Shown: positions 1 through 11,598, numbered from the stretch's first letter. The stretch is 50,422 nucleotides of DNA from Chitinophagaceae bacterium (GCA_036278455.1 DASULB010000445.1:1-50422); one strand, 5' to 3'. Numbers and translations: made by a program. Notes: generated from the letters alone by a model not told the origin.

Positions 1-42
1 AGGTGAGATAATGATGTTTTTGGCGCGTTGGACGATGTTCAT
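1..42 (-). CDS. 5' end (14 codons, MNIVQRAKNIIISP) of a minus-strand gene that continues beyond the left edge; product not assignable
   Basis: ATG (cat at 40-42 on the + strand) opens a frame that stays open to position 1. It is too short for a family call. Confidence 0.25.
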   Translation of the reverse strand, partial: MNIVQRAKNIIISP

Positions 43-419
43 GGCTTTTGGTCGTTTTAAGAAAGAGGAAAGAAAATAAGCCCGACGAAACACTTTGTTT
101 TGTATCCGCCGGTGTTTTAAGTGGCAGCAAGATAAAAAGAAGCGGCGGATTTACAAAAAATTAACAAATCTGTTTTTTTTCTCCTTCGCCCACCGGGGCA
201 AAATATGCAACCGGCCAACCCTTGCGCCTGCTTGCCTGCAGCCTTTTGCCCGCGCTATTTTTAACATTTCCTTTCCGCTTCTTCCCTGAAAATGGCTAAC
301 TTTGTAGATTGATTAAACTGCCAGTATGGCATGTTTACCGAGGAGCACAATATTTGCCCGAATTACCATAGATTACAGTATTAAAACCGTTTTTATAATC
401 TCTTTTATTTTACCATAAT

Positions 420-3400
420 ATGCTTGGTTTCTTTTCAAAATTAATTGGCGGGAGAAAGTCCGATAAGGACGTGAAAGGCATCCTGCCCCTGGTGGACCAG
501 ATCAATGAGGAGTTTGATAAGCTGCAATCCATCAGCAACGATGAACTTCGTGGGAAGTCAGATGTTTTCAGGGCGCGTATCCGGGAATACCTGACCGATA
601 TAGTTGAACAGATCCGGGATAAGGAAACATTGGCCGAGGATTCCGAAACGACCGATATCTTTCAGAAAGACAAGATCTATGAAGAGGTCGATAAACTCAA
701 GAAGAAAAAGGATGAACTGTTAGAGGAAGTCTTAAACCAAATATTACCCGAGGCCTTCGCCGTCATGAAGGAAACGGCACACCGGTTTATGACGCAGACG
801 GAGATCGTTGCCACCGCTACTGACCTGGACCGGCAGCTGGCGGTCAATAAAGAATACATTAAAATTAACGGTAACCAGGTGGCCTACAGCAATTCCTGGA
901 CCGCGGCGGGCACCCCGATCACATGGAACATGATGCATTATGACGTGCAGCTTGTCGGCGGCATCGTCCTGCATCAGGGAAAGATCGCGGAAATGGCCAC
1001 CGGTGAAGGTAAGACACTGGTATCCACACTACCCTCCTATCTGAACGGCCTGGCCGGGGAAGGCGTGCACCTGGTCACTGTCAATGACTACCTTGCCCGT
1101 CGTGACCAGGAATGGAACAGTCCTCTTTTCGAGTTCCTCGGTCTTACCACCGACTGCATTGACAAACACGAGCCGCACTCTGCCGAACGCCGGCAGGCGT
1201 ATCTGGCGGACATCACCTATGGTACCAACAATGAATTCGGCTTCGACTACCTGCGTGACAACATGGTGCATTCACCCGATGAAATGGTGCAGCGCAAGCA
1301 TCATTTCGCGATGGTCGATGAGGTGGACAGTGTCCTGGTGGATGACGCGAGAACGCCGCTGATTATCTCCGGGCCCGTTCCCCGTGGTGAAGAGCAGGAA
1401 TTCGTCAGACTGAAGCCCCGTATCCAGAAACTGGTGGAAGCCCAGAGAAGGGTGACTTCCCAATGCCTGCAGGACGCCAAAAGAATGATCAAGGAAGGAC
1501 AGGACGACGCCAAGACAGGCGGACTGATGCTATACCGCGCCTACCGCGGCCTCCCCAAGAACCACGCACTCATCAAATACCTCAGCGAACCAGGCATGAA
1601 AGTCCTGATGCAGAAAGCGGAGAACCATTACCTGGCAGACCAGGAGCGGGAAATGCCCGTAGTGGTAGATGAGCTCTATTTTGTCATCGACGAGAAAAAT
1701 AATACGGTGGATCTCACCGATAAAGGGATTTCGCTGATCACAGCCGCCGGGGAAGATCCCAATTTCTTCATCATGCCGGATATCGGATCCGAGATCGCGG
1801 AAGTGGAGAATTCCGATCTTTCACCGGAGGAGAAAATGCAAAAGAAGGATGAACTTCTTAAGGACTTCTCCGTAAAAGGTGAGCTTATCCATTCCATGCA
1901 GCAACTGCTGAAAGCCTATACCCTCTTTGAGAAAGATGTGGAATATGTGGTGCTCGATGATAAGGTTAAAATCGTCGATGAGCAAACAGGCCGTATCCTG
2001 GAAGGCCGCCGTTATTCCGACGGGCTGCACCAGGCTATCGAGGCCAAGGAAAACGTGAAGGTGGAAGCTGCCACACAGACCTTCGCCACCATTACCCTGC
2101 AGAATTTCTTCCGCATGTACCACAAGCTGGCCGGCATGACCGGTACGGCCTCCACAGAGGCCGGGGAACTTTGGGAGATCTATAAGCTGGATGTGATCGA
2201 AATACCCACCAACCTTCCCGTCGTCAGGATAGACAGTGAAGACCTGGTATATAAGACCAAACGCGACAAATACCGCGCGATCATTGAGGCCATTAAAAAG
2301 CTGCGCGACGCCAAACGTCCCGTACTGGTGGGCACCACCTCAGTGGAGGTTTCCGAGTTGCTGAGCAAGATGCTTACCCTCGAGAAGGTTCCCCATAACG
2401 TCCTGAACGCCAAACAGCATCAACGGGAGGCACAGGTGGTGGCAGAGGCCGGTTTACCCGGTAATATCACGATCGCCACCAACATGGCGGGCCGCGGTAC
2501 TGATATCAAGCTCGGCCCCGGCGTAAAAGAGGCAGGCGGACTGGCCATCGTCGGCACTGAACGGCATGATAGCCGCCGTGTTGACCGGCAGTTGCGCGGA
2601 CGTGCAGGACGGCAGGGCGATCCCGGATCCTCCCAGTTCTATGCGTCACTGGAAGATGATCTGATGCGCATGTTCGGCTCCGAACGCATTGCCGGCATGA
2701 TGGACCGCATGGGTTATAAAGAGGGAGAGGTGATCCAGCACAGCATGATCTCCAAGTCCATTGAAAGGGCGCAAAGAAAAGTGGAGGAAAACAACTTCGG
2801 CATCCGTAAACGGTTATTGGATTACGATGACGTAATGAACAAGCAAAGGACCGTCGTTTATGACCGCCGTAAGCACGCCCTGTTTGGTGAAAGGCTGGCC
2901 CTGGACATCGACAACGCTTTTTATGATGTGGCCTCGACCATCGTGATCGACCATAAAAACACCGAGGACTATGATGGTTTCAAGATGGATGCTATCCGTT
3001 ACCTAGGCGTCGATACTTCCATTACCGCAGAACAATTGGAGGATAAGGATGAAAATCAGCTGACCGAAAAGCTCTATACCGAAGCCAGGGAGAGCTATAC
3101 CCGCAAATCAGAAGAGCTGGTGAAGCAGACCTTCCCTGTCATTCAGCAGATCGCAAAGGAACAGGGTGACAGGATCGAGAATATCTCCGTTCCCTTTACC
3201 GATGGCATCAAAGGACTCAATGTGCTGGCCAACCTGAAAGCCATCCTGAACTCCGGCGGCAAAGCGCTGATCAGCGCCCTGGAAAAAAACGCCACCCTCG
3301 CTTTTGTAGACGAGGCCTGGAAAGAGCATTTGAGGGCCATGGATGACCTGAAGCAATCTGTACAAAGCGCTGTTTATGAACAAAAGGATCCGCTGGTGAT

Positions 3401-3749
3401 CTATAAAGTGGAAGCCTTCGGGCTGTTCCGCGAAATGACGGTGGAGATCAACAAGGAAATCGTTTCATTTTTGTGCAAAGCTTCCATACCTGTTGCCGAA
3501 GACGCGCCGTCACGGATCCATGAAGGGCACGAACAGCGTACCGACATGAGTAAAATGAAAATGCGAAAGGAACAATATGCGGGCGCTCCCGCCGGCGCGG
3601 ATGGCTATGACGATGAAGAGGAATATTATGACAACGGTGAACCGGTCAAACAGGAGCCCGTGCGGGTAGGTCCTAAAGTCGGCCGCAATGATCCCTGTCC
3701 CTGCGGAAGCGGAAAAAAATATAAAAACTGCCATGGCAAAGTCGCCTAA
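420..3749 (+). CDS. secA: Preprotein translocase ATPase SecA
   Basis: 1109-aa ORF with the SecA motor motifs [10 protein letters not shown] and [19 protein letters not shown]. The C-terminal zinc-binding tail [14 protein letters not shown] is typical of SecA. Confidence 0.97.
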   Translation: MLGFFSKLIGGRKSDKDVKGILPLVDQINEEFDKLQSISNDELRGKSDVFRARIREYLTDIVEQIRDKETLAEDSETTDIFQKDKIYEEVDKLKKKKDELLEEVLNQILPEAFAVMKETAHRFMTQTEIVATATDLDRQLAVNKEYIKINGNQVAYSNSWTAAGTPITWNMMHYDVQLVGGIVLHQGKIAEMATGEGKTLVSTLPSYLNGLAGEGVHLVTVNDYLARRDQEWNSPLFEFLGLTTDCIDKHEPHSAERRQAYLADITYGTNNEFGFDYLRDNMVHSPDEMVQRKHHFAMVDEVDSVLVDDARTPLIISGPVPRGEEQEFVRLKPRIQKLVEAQRRVTSQCLQDAKRMIKEGQDDAKTGGLMLYRAYRGLPKNHALIKYLSEPGMKVLMQKAENHYLADQEREMPVVVDELYFVIDEKNNTVDLTDKGISLITAAGEDPNFFIMPDIGSEIAEVENSDLSPEEKMQKKDELLKDFSVKGELIHSMQQLLKAYTLFEKDVEYVVLDDKVKIVDEQTGRILEGRRYSDGLHQAIEAKENVKVEAATQTFATITLQNFFRMYHKLAGMTGTASTEAGELWEIYKLDVIEIPTNLPVVRIDSEDLVYKTKRDKYRAIIEAIKKLRDAKRPVLVGTTSVEVSELLSKMLTLEKVPHNVLNAKQHQREAQVVAEAGLPGNITIATNMAGRGTDIKLGPGVKEAGGLAIVGTERHDSRRVDRQLRGRAGRQGDPGSSQFYASLEDDLMRMFGSERIAGMMDRMGYKEGEVIQHSMISKSIERAQRKVEENNFGIRKRLLDYDDVMNKQRTVVYDRRKHALFGERLALDIDNAFYDVASTIVIDHKNTEDYDGFKMDAIRYLGVDTSITAEQLEDKDENQLTEKLYTEARESYTRKSEELVKQTFPVIQQIAKEQGDRIENISVPFTDGIKGLNVLANLKAILNSGGKALISALEKNATLAFVDEAWKEHLRAMDDLKQSVQSAVYEQKDPLVIYKVEAFGLFREMTVEINKEIVSFLCKASIPVAEDAPSRIHEGHEQRTDMSKMKMRKEQYAGAPAGADGYDDEEEYYDNGEPVKQEPVRVGPKVGRNDPCPCGSGKKYKNCHGKVA

Positions 3750-3832
3750 AGACGGATATCGAAACGTCTGAAAAGGATTTAGGCGCTGAGATCACAACAG
3801 TACCAAAGGAACCAAAAAGCAAGCACCGGACA

Positions 3833-4498
3833 GTGAACATTGCATCCTACATAGATCACACGCTGCTGAAGCCCACCGCCACCGGGAAGGATATTGAAGG
3901 GTTATGTGAAGAGGCGGTAAGATTCGGATTCGCGGCTGTTTGCGTCCCTCCCTATTATATAAAGAAGGCCCGGAAGCTTTTACAGAACACGCCGGTAAAG
4001 ACCGCCACCGTGATCGGATTCCCCTTCGGTTACAGCGATATTTCAGCAAAGGCGCAGGAAATAAACCGCGGCATCCTGGATGGCGCCGATGAACTGGACA
4101 TGGTGATCTGTATTGCCGCACTCAAAAACGGGGATTGGGATTACCTGGAACGGGAGATCGCCGCCGTCATGCCCCTGATCGGGAAGAAAAACAGGCTTAT
4201 CAAGGTCATCATCGAGAGTGGGATTCTCTCCGATGAACAGATCATCCGGTGTTGTGAACTGTATGCCCGATATCAGGTACAGTTTTTGAAGACATCCACC
4301 GGATATGCTGAGCGGGGCGCCACCGTGGAAGCGGTCAGGCTGATGCGGGAGCATTTGCCGCCTGATATCAGGATCAAGGCCTCGGGAGGTATTCGTACCT
4401 TCGCTTTCGCTGATGAACTTATCCGCGCCGGTGCTTCCAGGCTGGGCTGCAGCGCGGGCGTACAGATCGTAGAACAAGCCTCCAAAACACGCGCATGA
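3833..4498 (+). CDS. deoC: Deoxyribose-phosphate aldolase
   Basis: 221-aa ORF with a GTG start. It begins IDHTLLKP, and FLKTSTGY (Schiff-base lysine context) plus IKASGGIR are typical of DeoC class I aldolases. Confidence 0.88.
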   Translation: MNIASYIDHTLLKPTATGKDIEGLCEEAVRFGFAAVCVPPYYIKKARKLLQNTPVKTATVIGFPFGYSDISAKAQEINRGILDGADELDMVICIAALKNGDWDYLEREIAAVMPLIGKKNRLIKVIIESGILSDEQIIRCCELYARYQVQFLKTSTGYAERGATVEAVRLMREHLPPDIRIKASGGIRTFAFADELIRAGASRLGCSAGVQIVEQASKTRA

Positions 4499-4980
4499 AA
4501 AACATTCTCCTTCTTTCAATCACCTTTTTGTGCTGTCTGTGTACCGCTCTTCCGGCGACGGCCCAGACAAACGGTGAGTATCCGGCAACCTTTCAAACGA
4601 ACGGCATGACCGCTGTTTCCCAGGTATTCAAGGATTCCAGGATAGACCTGTTGATACAAAAACAGGTTTACATCAACAGCCTGGCGCTGCGCAATATTCC
4701 GGGTTTCCGCGTACAGGTTATCAGCACGATGAACCGCAGCAAGGCGACGGAAGCCAAAGCCCGGCTGATGCAACTATTCCCCGACTACAGCACCTATCTT
4801 TCTTACCAGTCGCCCTATTTCCGGGTAAGGATCGGGGATTTCAGGAGCAGAGACGCCGCCGAGAAGCTGCAACAGGAGCTCAATACTTATTTTCCCAACG
4901 GTGTATTTACGGTGCGTGATATCATCCATATTTCTCCGGAACAACTACTCCAGAATCCAAATGCTAATGCAAACGATTAA
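4495..4980 (+). CDS. SPOR domain-containing exported protein
   Basis: 161 aa with signal peptide MKNILLLSITFLCCLCTALPATAQ. The C-terminal pattern FRVQV...SPYFRVRIGDFRSRDAAEKL is SPOR-like. Its ATG overlaps the deoC stop (ATGA). Confidence 0.78.
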   Translation: MKNILLLSITFLCCLCTALPATAQTNGEYPATFQTNGMTAVSQVFKDSRIDLLIQKQVYINSLALRNIPGFRVQVISTMNRSKATEAKARLMQLFPDYSTYLSYQSPYFRVRIGDFRSRDAAEKLQQELNTYFPNGVFTVRDIIHISPEQLLQNPNANAND

Positions 4981-6148
4981 AACGTTGTCACGGCAGTGGG
5001 CCGATGACTTTATCGAAATTCGTCACCACCTGCACGCTCACCCGGAATTGTCCTTTAAAGAATACAACACATCGGCGTTCATCCGTGCTAAATTGGATGA
5101 ATTTGGCATCCCTTTCACCTATCCGGTTGCCGGTACAGGCATCGTAGCCACCCTGACGGGAAAAAAGCCCGGTAAAAAGGTGATTGCGCTCCGCGCAGAC
5201 ATGGATGCCTTGCCCATCCGGGAACTCAATGAGGTAAGCTACAAATCGACCAATGACGGGGTCATGCACGGCTGCGGCCATGATGTGCACACTACCTGTC
5301 TGCTGGGAGCCGCGAAAATCCTCAAACACCTGGAAAATGAACTGGAGGGCACTGTCAGACTTATCTTCCAGCCGGGCGAAGAAAAACACCCTGGGGGTGC
5401 CAGCCTGATGATCAGGGACGGCGCCCTGGAAAATCCTGTGCCGGATGCCATATTCGGACTGCATGTGACCCCGGAGATGGAAGTGGGCCGGCTGGGGTTC
5501 AGAGAAGGCATCGCGATGGCTTCGGCAGATGAGATCTACATTACCATTAAAGGAAAGGGAGGCCACGCGGCATCCCCGCACCTCACCACCGATATCATCC
5601 TGGTGGCCTCCCATATCGTGGTGGCCTTGCAGCAGGTCATCAGCCGCAACAAAAATCCTTTATCCCCCTCGGTGCTTTCCATCTGCGCCTTTAACGGCGG
5701 CTACACCACCAATGTGATCCCCTCGGAAGTAAAGCTACAGGGCACCTTTCGCGCCATGGATGAGACCTGGCGCTTCAGGGCCCACGAACTCATTAAAAAG
5801 GAAGTCAACGCCATCGCCGAAGGCATGGGCGCGACCGCGGAAGTCGAGATCCCTGTCGGCTACCCCTGTTTGTTTAATGACACCCGCATCACATCCCATG
5901 CGCACGCCATAGCGGAAACCTATATCGGTAAGGAAAACGTGGAAACGGTGGATATGCGGATGGGCGCCGAGGATTTCGCCTTTTATTCCCAGAAGATACC
6001 CGCCTGTTTTCTGCGCCTCGGTGTCGGCAACAGGGAGCAGGGCATCACCTCCGGGGTGCATACGCCCCTTTTCAATATTGATGAACACGCCATCGAGATC
6101 GGTATGGGAACCATGGCCACCCTGGCCATGCAGATGTTGCGGGACTGA
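4961..6148 (+). CDS. M20D-family amidohydrolase (aminoacylase / hippurate hydrolase-like)
   Basis: IRHHLHAHPELSFKE, GCGHDVH and FQPGEEK are metal-site motifs of M20 peptidase/amidohydrolases. The start is taken at ATG 4961, because the ORF track opens at 4901 inside the upstream gene. This start overlaps the SPOR gene by 20 nt. Confidence 0.85.
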   Translation: MLMQTIKTLSRQWADDFIEIRHHLHAHPELSFKEYNTSAFIRAKLDEFGIPFTYPVAGTGIVATLTGKKPGKKVIALRADMDALPIRELNEVSYKSTNDGVMHGCGHDVHTTCLLGAAKILKHLENELEGTVRLIFQPGEEKHPGGASLMIRDGALENPVPDAIFGLHVTPEMEVGRLGFREGIAMASADEIYITIKGKGGHAASPHLTTDIILVASHIVVALQQVISRNKNPLSPSVLSICAFNGGYTTNVIPSEVKLQGTFRAMDETWRFRAHELIKKEVNAIAEGMGATAEVEIPVGYPCLFNDTRITSHAHAIAETYIGKENVETVDMRMGAEDFAFYSQKIPACFLRLGVGNREQGITSGVHTPLFNIDEHAIEIGMGTMATLAMQMLRD

Positions 6149-6216
6149 ACAGCTGATCTTCCGGCTCCTACCGGTATCCCTGTTGTTCAAACTTTCCATT
6201 ACTTCTGCTGTTTTTT

Positions 6217-7293
6217 TCAGACTTCATAAACCCGGTGAAGCCAGTCAAAAAGAGGGACTGGTCCGCAAGGGGATCGCCCGCCGGTAAAAGCTGCGACCCC
6301 TTCCGCCGCCATCGCTGCAAGTGCATCAAACGCCCGTGCCACACTATCATCATCCCGGTTGGAAAAAAGAACGATCAGGGTGCGGGACGCCGGATGGCGG
6401 TAAACAATATTGCGAAAACCTGTACTTTCTCCGGAGTGAAACTGGCAGGGACCGCCTCTGATCCCTTTGGCCGCAAACCAGCCATAGCCATAACCAACGC
6501 CGTCTTTTATATCCGCCCTCGAGGCAAGCATGCATTCCGTCCACTGCCCGGAAAGCAGGGATTCAGTCTCCAACGCTTGATGCCATTTCAGGTAATCTTC
6601 CAGAGAAGTGTAGACGCCCCCATCCCCCTGGGTGGCGCTGGTGACGCTTTGATCCGCCAAATGATACGCCCCTCCAAGGAAGTGATAACCATAGGCACGC
6701 TCCGGAATTGTTATCCCCTCTTGATATACCAGGGAATGCGACATATTCAACGGCTGGAAAATGTGGTTCTTCAAAAAATCAGCGAAGGGCATCCCGCTCA
6801 CCTGCCGGATGATCAGCGCCAACAGAAGATAGCCGGTATTGCTGTACCTGAACCGTTCACCCGGCGGGAAATAGGTGCCCTCCTTCCCCTTTAAAAGGTT
6901 GAGTACATCCTCGTCCAGCAGCGGTGTGCTGCGGGATGAGGGGATCAACGTCTCATAATCCCGGACACCTGAGGTATGGGTCAGCAACTGCTCAATGGTA
7001 ATATCCCGGCAGGCTGGAGGAAGCGGATCAATGTATTTTCCGATGGGGTCGGCCAAAAGGAGGGCTTGTTTCGCGGCCAGCAACAGTGTGCCCATGGCGG
7101 TAAACTGCTTGCTCACCGAAGCCATCCGGAAATTGGTGCGGCGTGAAATCTTCTCCCGGGTCTCCATATCGGCCAGGCCATAACCGTTTGTAAGGACCTC
7201 CTTTCCTTCCTTTAGCACCAGCAAGGCCGCACCGGGCGCATCCGGCCGGTAAAAAGACTCCATCAGGGCGTTCATCCGGCTCGCTAAAGACAT
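6217..7293 (-). CDS. Serine hydrolase, beta-lactamase (class C / DD-peptidase-like) family
   Basis: 358 aa. The S-x-x-K motif (ASVSKQF) and the Y-x-N motif (RYSNTGY) are spaced as in AmpC-like serine hydrolases. Confidence 0.85.
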   Translation of the reverse strand: MSLASRMNALMESFYRPDAPGAALLVLKEGKEVLTNGYGLADMETREKISRRTNFRMASVSKQFTAMGTLLLAAKQALLLADPIGKYIDPLPPACRDITIEQLLTHTSGVRDYETLIPSSRSTPLLDEDVLNLLKGKEGTYFPPGERFRYSNTGYLLLALIIRQVSGMPFADFLKNHIFQPLNMSHSLVYQEGITIPERAYGYHFLGGAYHLADQSVTSATQGDGGVYTSLEDYLKWHQALETESLLSGQWTECMLASRADIKDGVGYGYGWFAAKGIRGGPCQFHSGESTGFRNIVYRHPASRTLIVLFSNRDDDSVARAFDALAAMAAEGVAAFTGGRSPCGPVPLFDWLHRVYEV

Positions 7294-7349
7294 TGAATAG
7301 GTTATACCGCGTAGTTTTATCGCGTGTTTTTATGCTAAGTAAAGCGTTT

Positions 7350-7781
7350 TCATCCCATTTGTCCCGTCATCTCCAATTGTGGATTCCAGACTACTTCCCA
7401 AAGATGACCGTCAGGATCCTGAAAATAGCCGGCATAACCGCCCCAGAAAGTATCATGAGCCGCTTTTGCAATGGTTGCGCCGGCCTCCAGAGCGGTCGAC
7501 ATCATCTCATCCACTTCTCCCCTGCTACCTACATTATAACCAATGGTCATTTCAGTGGCGCTGGGTATGGTTTGGGGGATGTCGGCATCCCAGGCGATGT
7601 CGCTGCGGGGCCATAGGGCTAGTTTCGTCCCAGGCTGCAGGTCAAAAAAGGCTACGGCTCCATGAGCGAATTCCCTGCCGATGATCCCCTTTGTTGGAAA
7701 GCCCAGCCCATCACGATAAAAGACAAGCGCGCGTTCCAGATCATCAACGCCTAAGGTGAGTACTGTAATCCTCGGTGACAT
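7350..7781 (-). CDS. VOC (glyoxalase/bleomycin-resistance fold) family protein
   Basis: ITVLTLGVDDLERALVFYRDGLGF...FQDPDGHLWEV is the typical VOC beta-alpha-beta-beta-beta pattern. The start is ambiguous: ATG at 7781, 7787 or 7799, while the ORF opens at 7844. Confidence 0.8.
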   Translation of the reverse strand: MSPRITVLTLGVDDLERALVFYRDGLGFPTKGIIGREFAHGAVAFFDLQPGTKLALWPRSDIAWDADIPQTIPSATEMTIGYNVGSRGEVDEMMSTALEAGATIAKAAHDTFWGGYAGYFQDPDGHLWEVVWNPQLEMTGQMG

Positions 7782-8008
7782 GTACATTGATTGATTCATT
7801 GAAGGATAAATGGCTTCTCTTCCCGTTGTCACCCGCAAAAACAAGATGAAGACGCAGGCCTTACCAAAAATAACGATTATCTCCGGGATGCCGCGCCGCC
7901 GCGGGTAAGTTTTTCACCTTCAGTTGCGGGGAACGGGGAAACTTATCCACCGGTACAGGGATAAGGTGAGAAGGCAAGATTCTTTATTCCTCCCTGAAGG
8001 GGCCTGCC

Positions 8009-9358
8009 CTATTCTTCTTCCGGCCCTAAATGAAAGTCTTCAATAAATTTAGTCGTAAAATCGCCCTTGCGGAAACGTTCGTCTTTCATGAGCTGCTGGT
8101 GAAAGGGGATGGTCGTTTTAACCCCTTCGATCACGAATTCACTCAATGCCCGCTCCATGGTCTCAATGGCCTCCTCTCTGGTCTGCGCCATGGTGATCAA
8201 CTTGGCGACCAGGGAATCATAATAGGGCGGAATGGTATAGCCGGCATAGATATGAGAATCCACCCTTACACCATGACCGCCCGGCACATGCAGAATGGTG
8301 ATCTTACCCGGTGAAGGCCGAAAATCATGAAAGGGGTCTTCCGCATTGATCCGGCACTCGATGGCATGAAGCTGTGGCAGGTAGTTTTTCCCGGAAATGG
8401 GTATGCCGGCGGCGATCTTGATTTGTTCTTTGACCAGGTCAAAATTGATAACCTCCTCCGTGACGCCGTGTTCCACCTGGATGCGCGTATTCATCTCCAT
8501 GAAGTAGAAATTACGGTGTTTATCCACCAGAAATTCAACGGTCCCTACACCCTCATAATTGATCGAGGACGCCGCCAGGATGGCGGCCTGCCCCATGCGG
8601 TCCCGCAATTCGGGGGTCATGAAAGGCGAAGCGGATTCTTCCACCAATTTCTGGTGTCTGCGCTGAATGGAACAATCCCGCTCGCTCATGTGACAGACGG
8701 TGCCGTATTGATCACCGGCTATCTGTATCTCAATATGCCGCGGTTCTTCCACAAATTTCTCCATGTAGATACCGTCATTGCTGAAAGCGGCCTTCGCTTC
8801 CGTCTTGGCGGTATTGAAATTATGCTCCATCTCCTGTTCATTCCATACCAGGCGCATTCCTTTGCCGCCGCCACCGGCGGTAGCCTTGAGGATCACGGGA
8901 TATCCGACCTCAGGGGCAAGGGCTTTGGCCTGCTCCACGCTGTCCAGCAGGCCTTCCGAGCCGGGTATGACCGGTACACCGGCGGCAATCATGGTCTCTT
9001 TGGCTGATATCTTATCCCCCATTCTGCGGATCATTTCCGCCAGGGGACCGATAAATTTAATGCCGTGTTCTTCGCAGATCTCCGCGAAACGCGCGTTTTC
9101 GGCGAGAAACCCGTAACCGGGGTGAATGGCGTCGGCGTTGGTGATCTCAGCCGCAGCCATGATGCTGGGGATATTCAGATAAGATTCTGTACTCGGGGCG
9201 GGGCCGATGCATACGGATTCATCGGCAAATTTAACATGGAGGCTATCGCGGTCCGCAGTGGAATGCACCGCCACTGTCTGAATGCCCATTTCCTTACAGG
9301 TACGGATAATACGCAAGGCAATCTCACCACGGTTGGCTATAAGTATTTTTTTGAACAT
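8009..9358 (-). CDS. accC: Acetyl-CoA carboxylase, biotin carboxylase subunit
   Basis: 449 aa. The N-terminus [26 protein letters not shown] and the ATP-grasp core are those of biotin carboxylase. It lies directly downstream of accB. Confidence 0.97.
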   Translation of the reverse strand: MFKKILIANRGEIALRIIRTCKEMGIQTVAVHSTADRDSLHVKFADESVCIGPAPSTESYLNIPSIMAAAEITNADAIHPGYGFLAENARFAEICEEHGIKFIGPLAEMIRRMGDKISAKETMIAAGVPVIPGSEGLLDSVEQAKALAPEVGYPVILKATAGGGGKGMRLVWNEQEMEHNFNTAKTEAKAAFSNDGIYMEKFVEEPRHIEIQIAGDQYGTVCHMSERDCSIQRRHQKLVEESASPFMTPELRDRMGQAAILAASSINYEGVGTVEFLVDKHRNFYFMEMNTRIQVEHGVTEEVINFDLVKEQIKIAAGIPISGKNYLPQLHAIECRINAEDPFHDFRPSPGKITILHVPGGHGVRVDSHIYAGYTIPPYYDSLVAKLITMAQTREEAIETMERALSEFVIEGVKTTIPFHQQLMKDERFRKGDFTTKFIEDFHLGPEEE

Positions 9359-9433
9359 CTTGATTGCTGAATTAATATGAAGGTCCGCTGAGCAGGGACG
9401 TAGGGTTTGTTGATCTTCCGCTGCTCCGAATCT

Positions 9434-9931
9434 TTAAGGCTCTACCAGAAACAAAGGTTGGTCATATTCCACCGGCGAAGCATCTTCCACCAGTACTTTC
9501 ACGATTTTACCGCTCACTTCGCTTTCGATCTCATTGAACAACTTCATTGCCTCTATGATGCAAACCACTTTACCCGGAGCCACCTCATCTCCTACATTTA
9601 CAAAAGAACCCTTATCGGGCCCCTGGCTGCGGTAAAAGGTCCCTATCATCGGCGATTTGATGGTCACCAGATTTTCTTTGATTTCCTTGGCAGGGGCATT
9701 GTCGGCGGGTAAAGCGGCTTCCGACTGGGCAGATGGCGAATTTGCCGGAACTACGGGCACCATTTGCTGCACTACCTGTCGGTAATTCTCGGGGGACGTC
9801 ATCGGATGGGACTCATCCGCGCGCTGCTCCCGTTTTATGGTTATTTTAAATTTATCCTCCTCAATAGTCAGTTCATTGATACTGGACTTATTAACCAACC
9901 GTACCAGTTCCTGAATCTGCTTAAAATCCAT
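9434..9931 (-). CDS. accB: Acetyl-CoA carboxylase, biotin carboxyl carrier protein
   Basis: C-terminal biotinyl domain with the biotin-lysine motif IIEAMKLFNEIE. The start is taken at ATG 9931 (MDFKQIQELV); the ORF track opens further upstream at 9994. Confidence 0.92.
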   Translation of the reverse strand: MDFKQIQELVRLVNKSSINELTIEEDKFKITIKREQRADESHPMTSPENYRQVVQQMVPVVPANSPSAQSEAALPADNAPAKEIKENLVTIKSPMIGTFYRSQGPDKGSFVNVGDEVAPGKVVCIIEAMKLFNEIESEVSGKIVKVLVEDASPVEYDQPLFLVEP

Positions 9932-10009
9932 AAAGCTTAGTTTTAGTTTGGAAATCAGTGTAAATATTGGCCGAAAGTAGAAAACCAATTCCAATATACA
10001 GTGAAAAAA

Positions 10010-10573
10010 TTACTTTACCCGCTCAATGTAGTCCCCGGTATGGGCATTGATGCGGATCATTTCATCACTGTCTACAAACAGCGGAACCATCACGGTAGCG
10101 CCGGTTTCCACCGTCGCAGGCTTCAGTGTCTTGGTAGCCGTATCCCCCCGCAATCCGGGTTCGGTATAGGTAACCTTCAGTTCGATCTTATCGGGCAACT
10201 CGACACTCATGGGCAGATCTGTATCTGTATTGATCAGCATGAAACACTCCTGGCCGTCCTTGTAAAATTTGGGATTCTCCACTTTCTCCTCGTTCATGGA
10301 TACCTGCTCATAGGTTTCTGAACTCATAAAATGGTAACCCGTGTCGTCCTTGTAAAGAAACTGGTAGGGATGCTTTTCGACCCTTACCGGGTAAATGGTA
10401 TCGCCGGAATTCCAGGTATGCTCTATGCTCTTACCCGATTCCACGCCTTTCAGCTTGGCCCACACCTTGGCGGCAGCGCGCGCCGTCTTATTTTGACCAA
10501 AATCTACAATTTGGAACAATTCCTCGTTCAGCTTGAGTATAAGGCCCATTCTAATGTCGGCTGTCGTTGCCAT
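10010..10573 (-). CDS. efp: Translation elongation factor P
   Basis: 187 aa with EF-P architecture. It heads an efp-accB-accC arrangement. Confidence 0.95.
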   Translation of the reverse strand: MATTADIRMGLILKLNEELFQIVDFGQNKTARAAAKVWAKLKGVESGKSIEHTWNSGDTIYPVRVEKHPYQFLYKDDTGYHFMSSETYEQVSMNEEKVENPKFYKDGQECFMLINTDTDLPMSVELPDKIELKVTYTEPGLRGDTATKTLKPATVETGATVMVPLFVDSDEMIRINAHTGDYIERVK

Positions 10574-10764
10574 GGATTACAATTTTTAAAATTAAACATT
10601 TAAATGAAGACCGCAAAAGTAAAAATTTGTGGCCAAATGGCGCACATCCGCTGAAATTTGTTGCTTCCTGATTATTTTTAAGCAAAACATTGCTTTTGAT
10701 TTTTTTTAATTTTCGTACTTTGCAGCCCGATTCGGCTATTGAATTGGCTCTAAAATTTTACGAG

Positions 10765-11064
10765 ATGCTAAAAACGTGTTCTGAGTGTAAGTCTCAACAA
10801 GTTACGGATAAAACGGCGGAGGTTTATTACCTGATTACCGCTATTCTGGGTGTCGCTGGCGTCATTATGATGTTTGTGAGCTGGCCCTGGGCGCTTTTGA
10901 TCCTCACCGGGATGATCACCTCTGTGGTACTCGCGGTGGATCTCCCAAAGAGAACCTACAAATGCAAGAATTGCGGTCATGAGTGGAAAGAGGGTTACAA
11001 CGCCGCAGGGGAGCATTCCAAATTCAACCCCGATGACACCGTTCCACGTGGAGTTGTTGAATAA
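10765..11064 (+). CDS. Small membrane protein with split zinc-ribbon (CxxC ... CxxC) flanking two predicted TM helices; function unknown
   Basis: MLKTCSECKS...two hydrophobic stretches...YKCKNCGHEW. The start is taken at ATG 10765; the ORF opens at 10690. Confidence 0.5.
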   Translation: MLKTCSECKSQQVTDKTAEVYYLITAILGVAGVIMMFVSWPWALLILTGMITSVVLAVDLPKRTYKCKNCGHEWKEGYNAAGEHSKFNPDDTVPRGVVE

Positions 11065-11598
11065 ACAAGGGCCAAAAGCCTTAGCTGTGCTTCGGTCAGG
11101 GCAGATGATACAGAACTGCCCGGAAATCTAGTGGTATTTTCCCTGGCCCAGAACAAATCAAGAATCCTTTCTTCTTTGGTCAACGGGCATTGCCTGGCTT
11201 GTCGGACGGCCGATAGCGGAAAATACCAGGTTGAAAGCGGTGTTTGCGATCATCACACCCCATCGCCTCATACGTAGATCCTTTACACCTACATACCATA
11301 GACAACCTGCTATTGATAAGATGGTTGTTTGCAAACTACCGCCTGCCCTTGCGTGTGTACTTCTTTCCGGGACGACTTTCGCGTTTGTACTCCCACAAAG
11401 CCTTCCAGATTTCCCATCCGCATCATTATAGCGCCACTCGACTAAACCGCTCAAGGATTTTTTTGCAGTTGGTACAATGGTTGTATCTTTAGGCGATAAA
11501 ATAAAACAAACGAACGAGGTGTCAGGATCATTTCTCCGATCAGGTACAATTACCGGAGGCCGGATTTTACACACCTTAAAATCACAAAAAACATACCA

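Noticed and set aside
95-289. 64-aa ORF in the secA upstream region
   Set aside because: It is Arg/Lys/Phe/Cys-rich and sits in a divergent promoter region, with no motif support.
7886-7899. GC-rich near-palindrome CCGCGCCGCCGCGG between accC and the VOC gene, considered as a terminator or repeat element
   Set aside because: It has only a 5-bp stem with a 4-nt loop and no adjacent T-run on either strand. It is not repeated elsewhere in the window.
11069-11149. Partial resemblance to SRP (4.5S) RNA strings (GGUCAGG, GGCAGAUGA)
   Set aside because: The element does not fold as a single long hairpin with a GNRA tetraloop. It also lacks the conserved domain IV symmetric-loop sequence (…GGAAGCAGCC…). 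I treated it only as an unexplained local structure.
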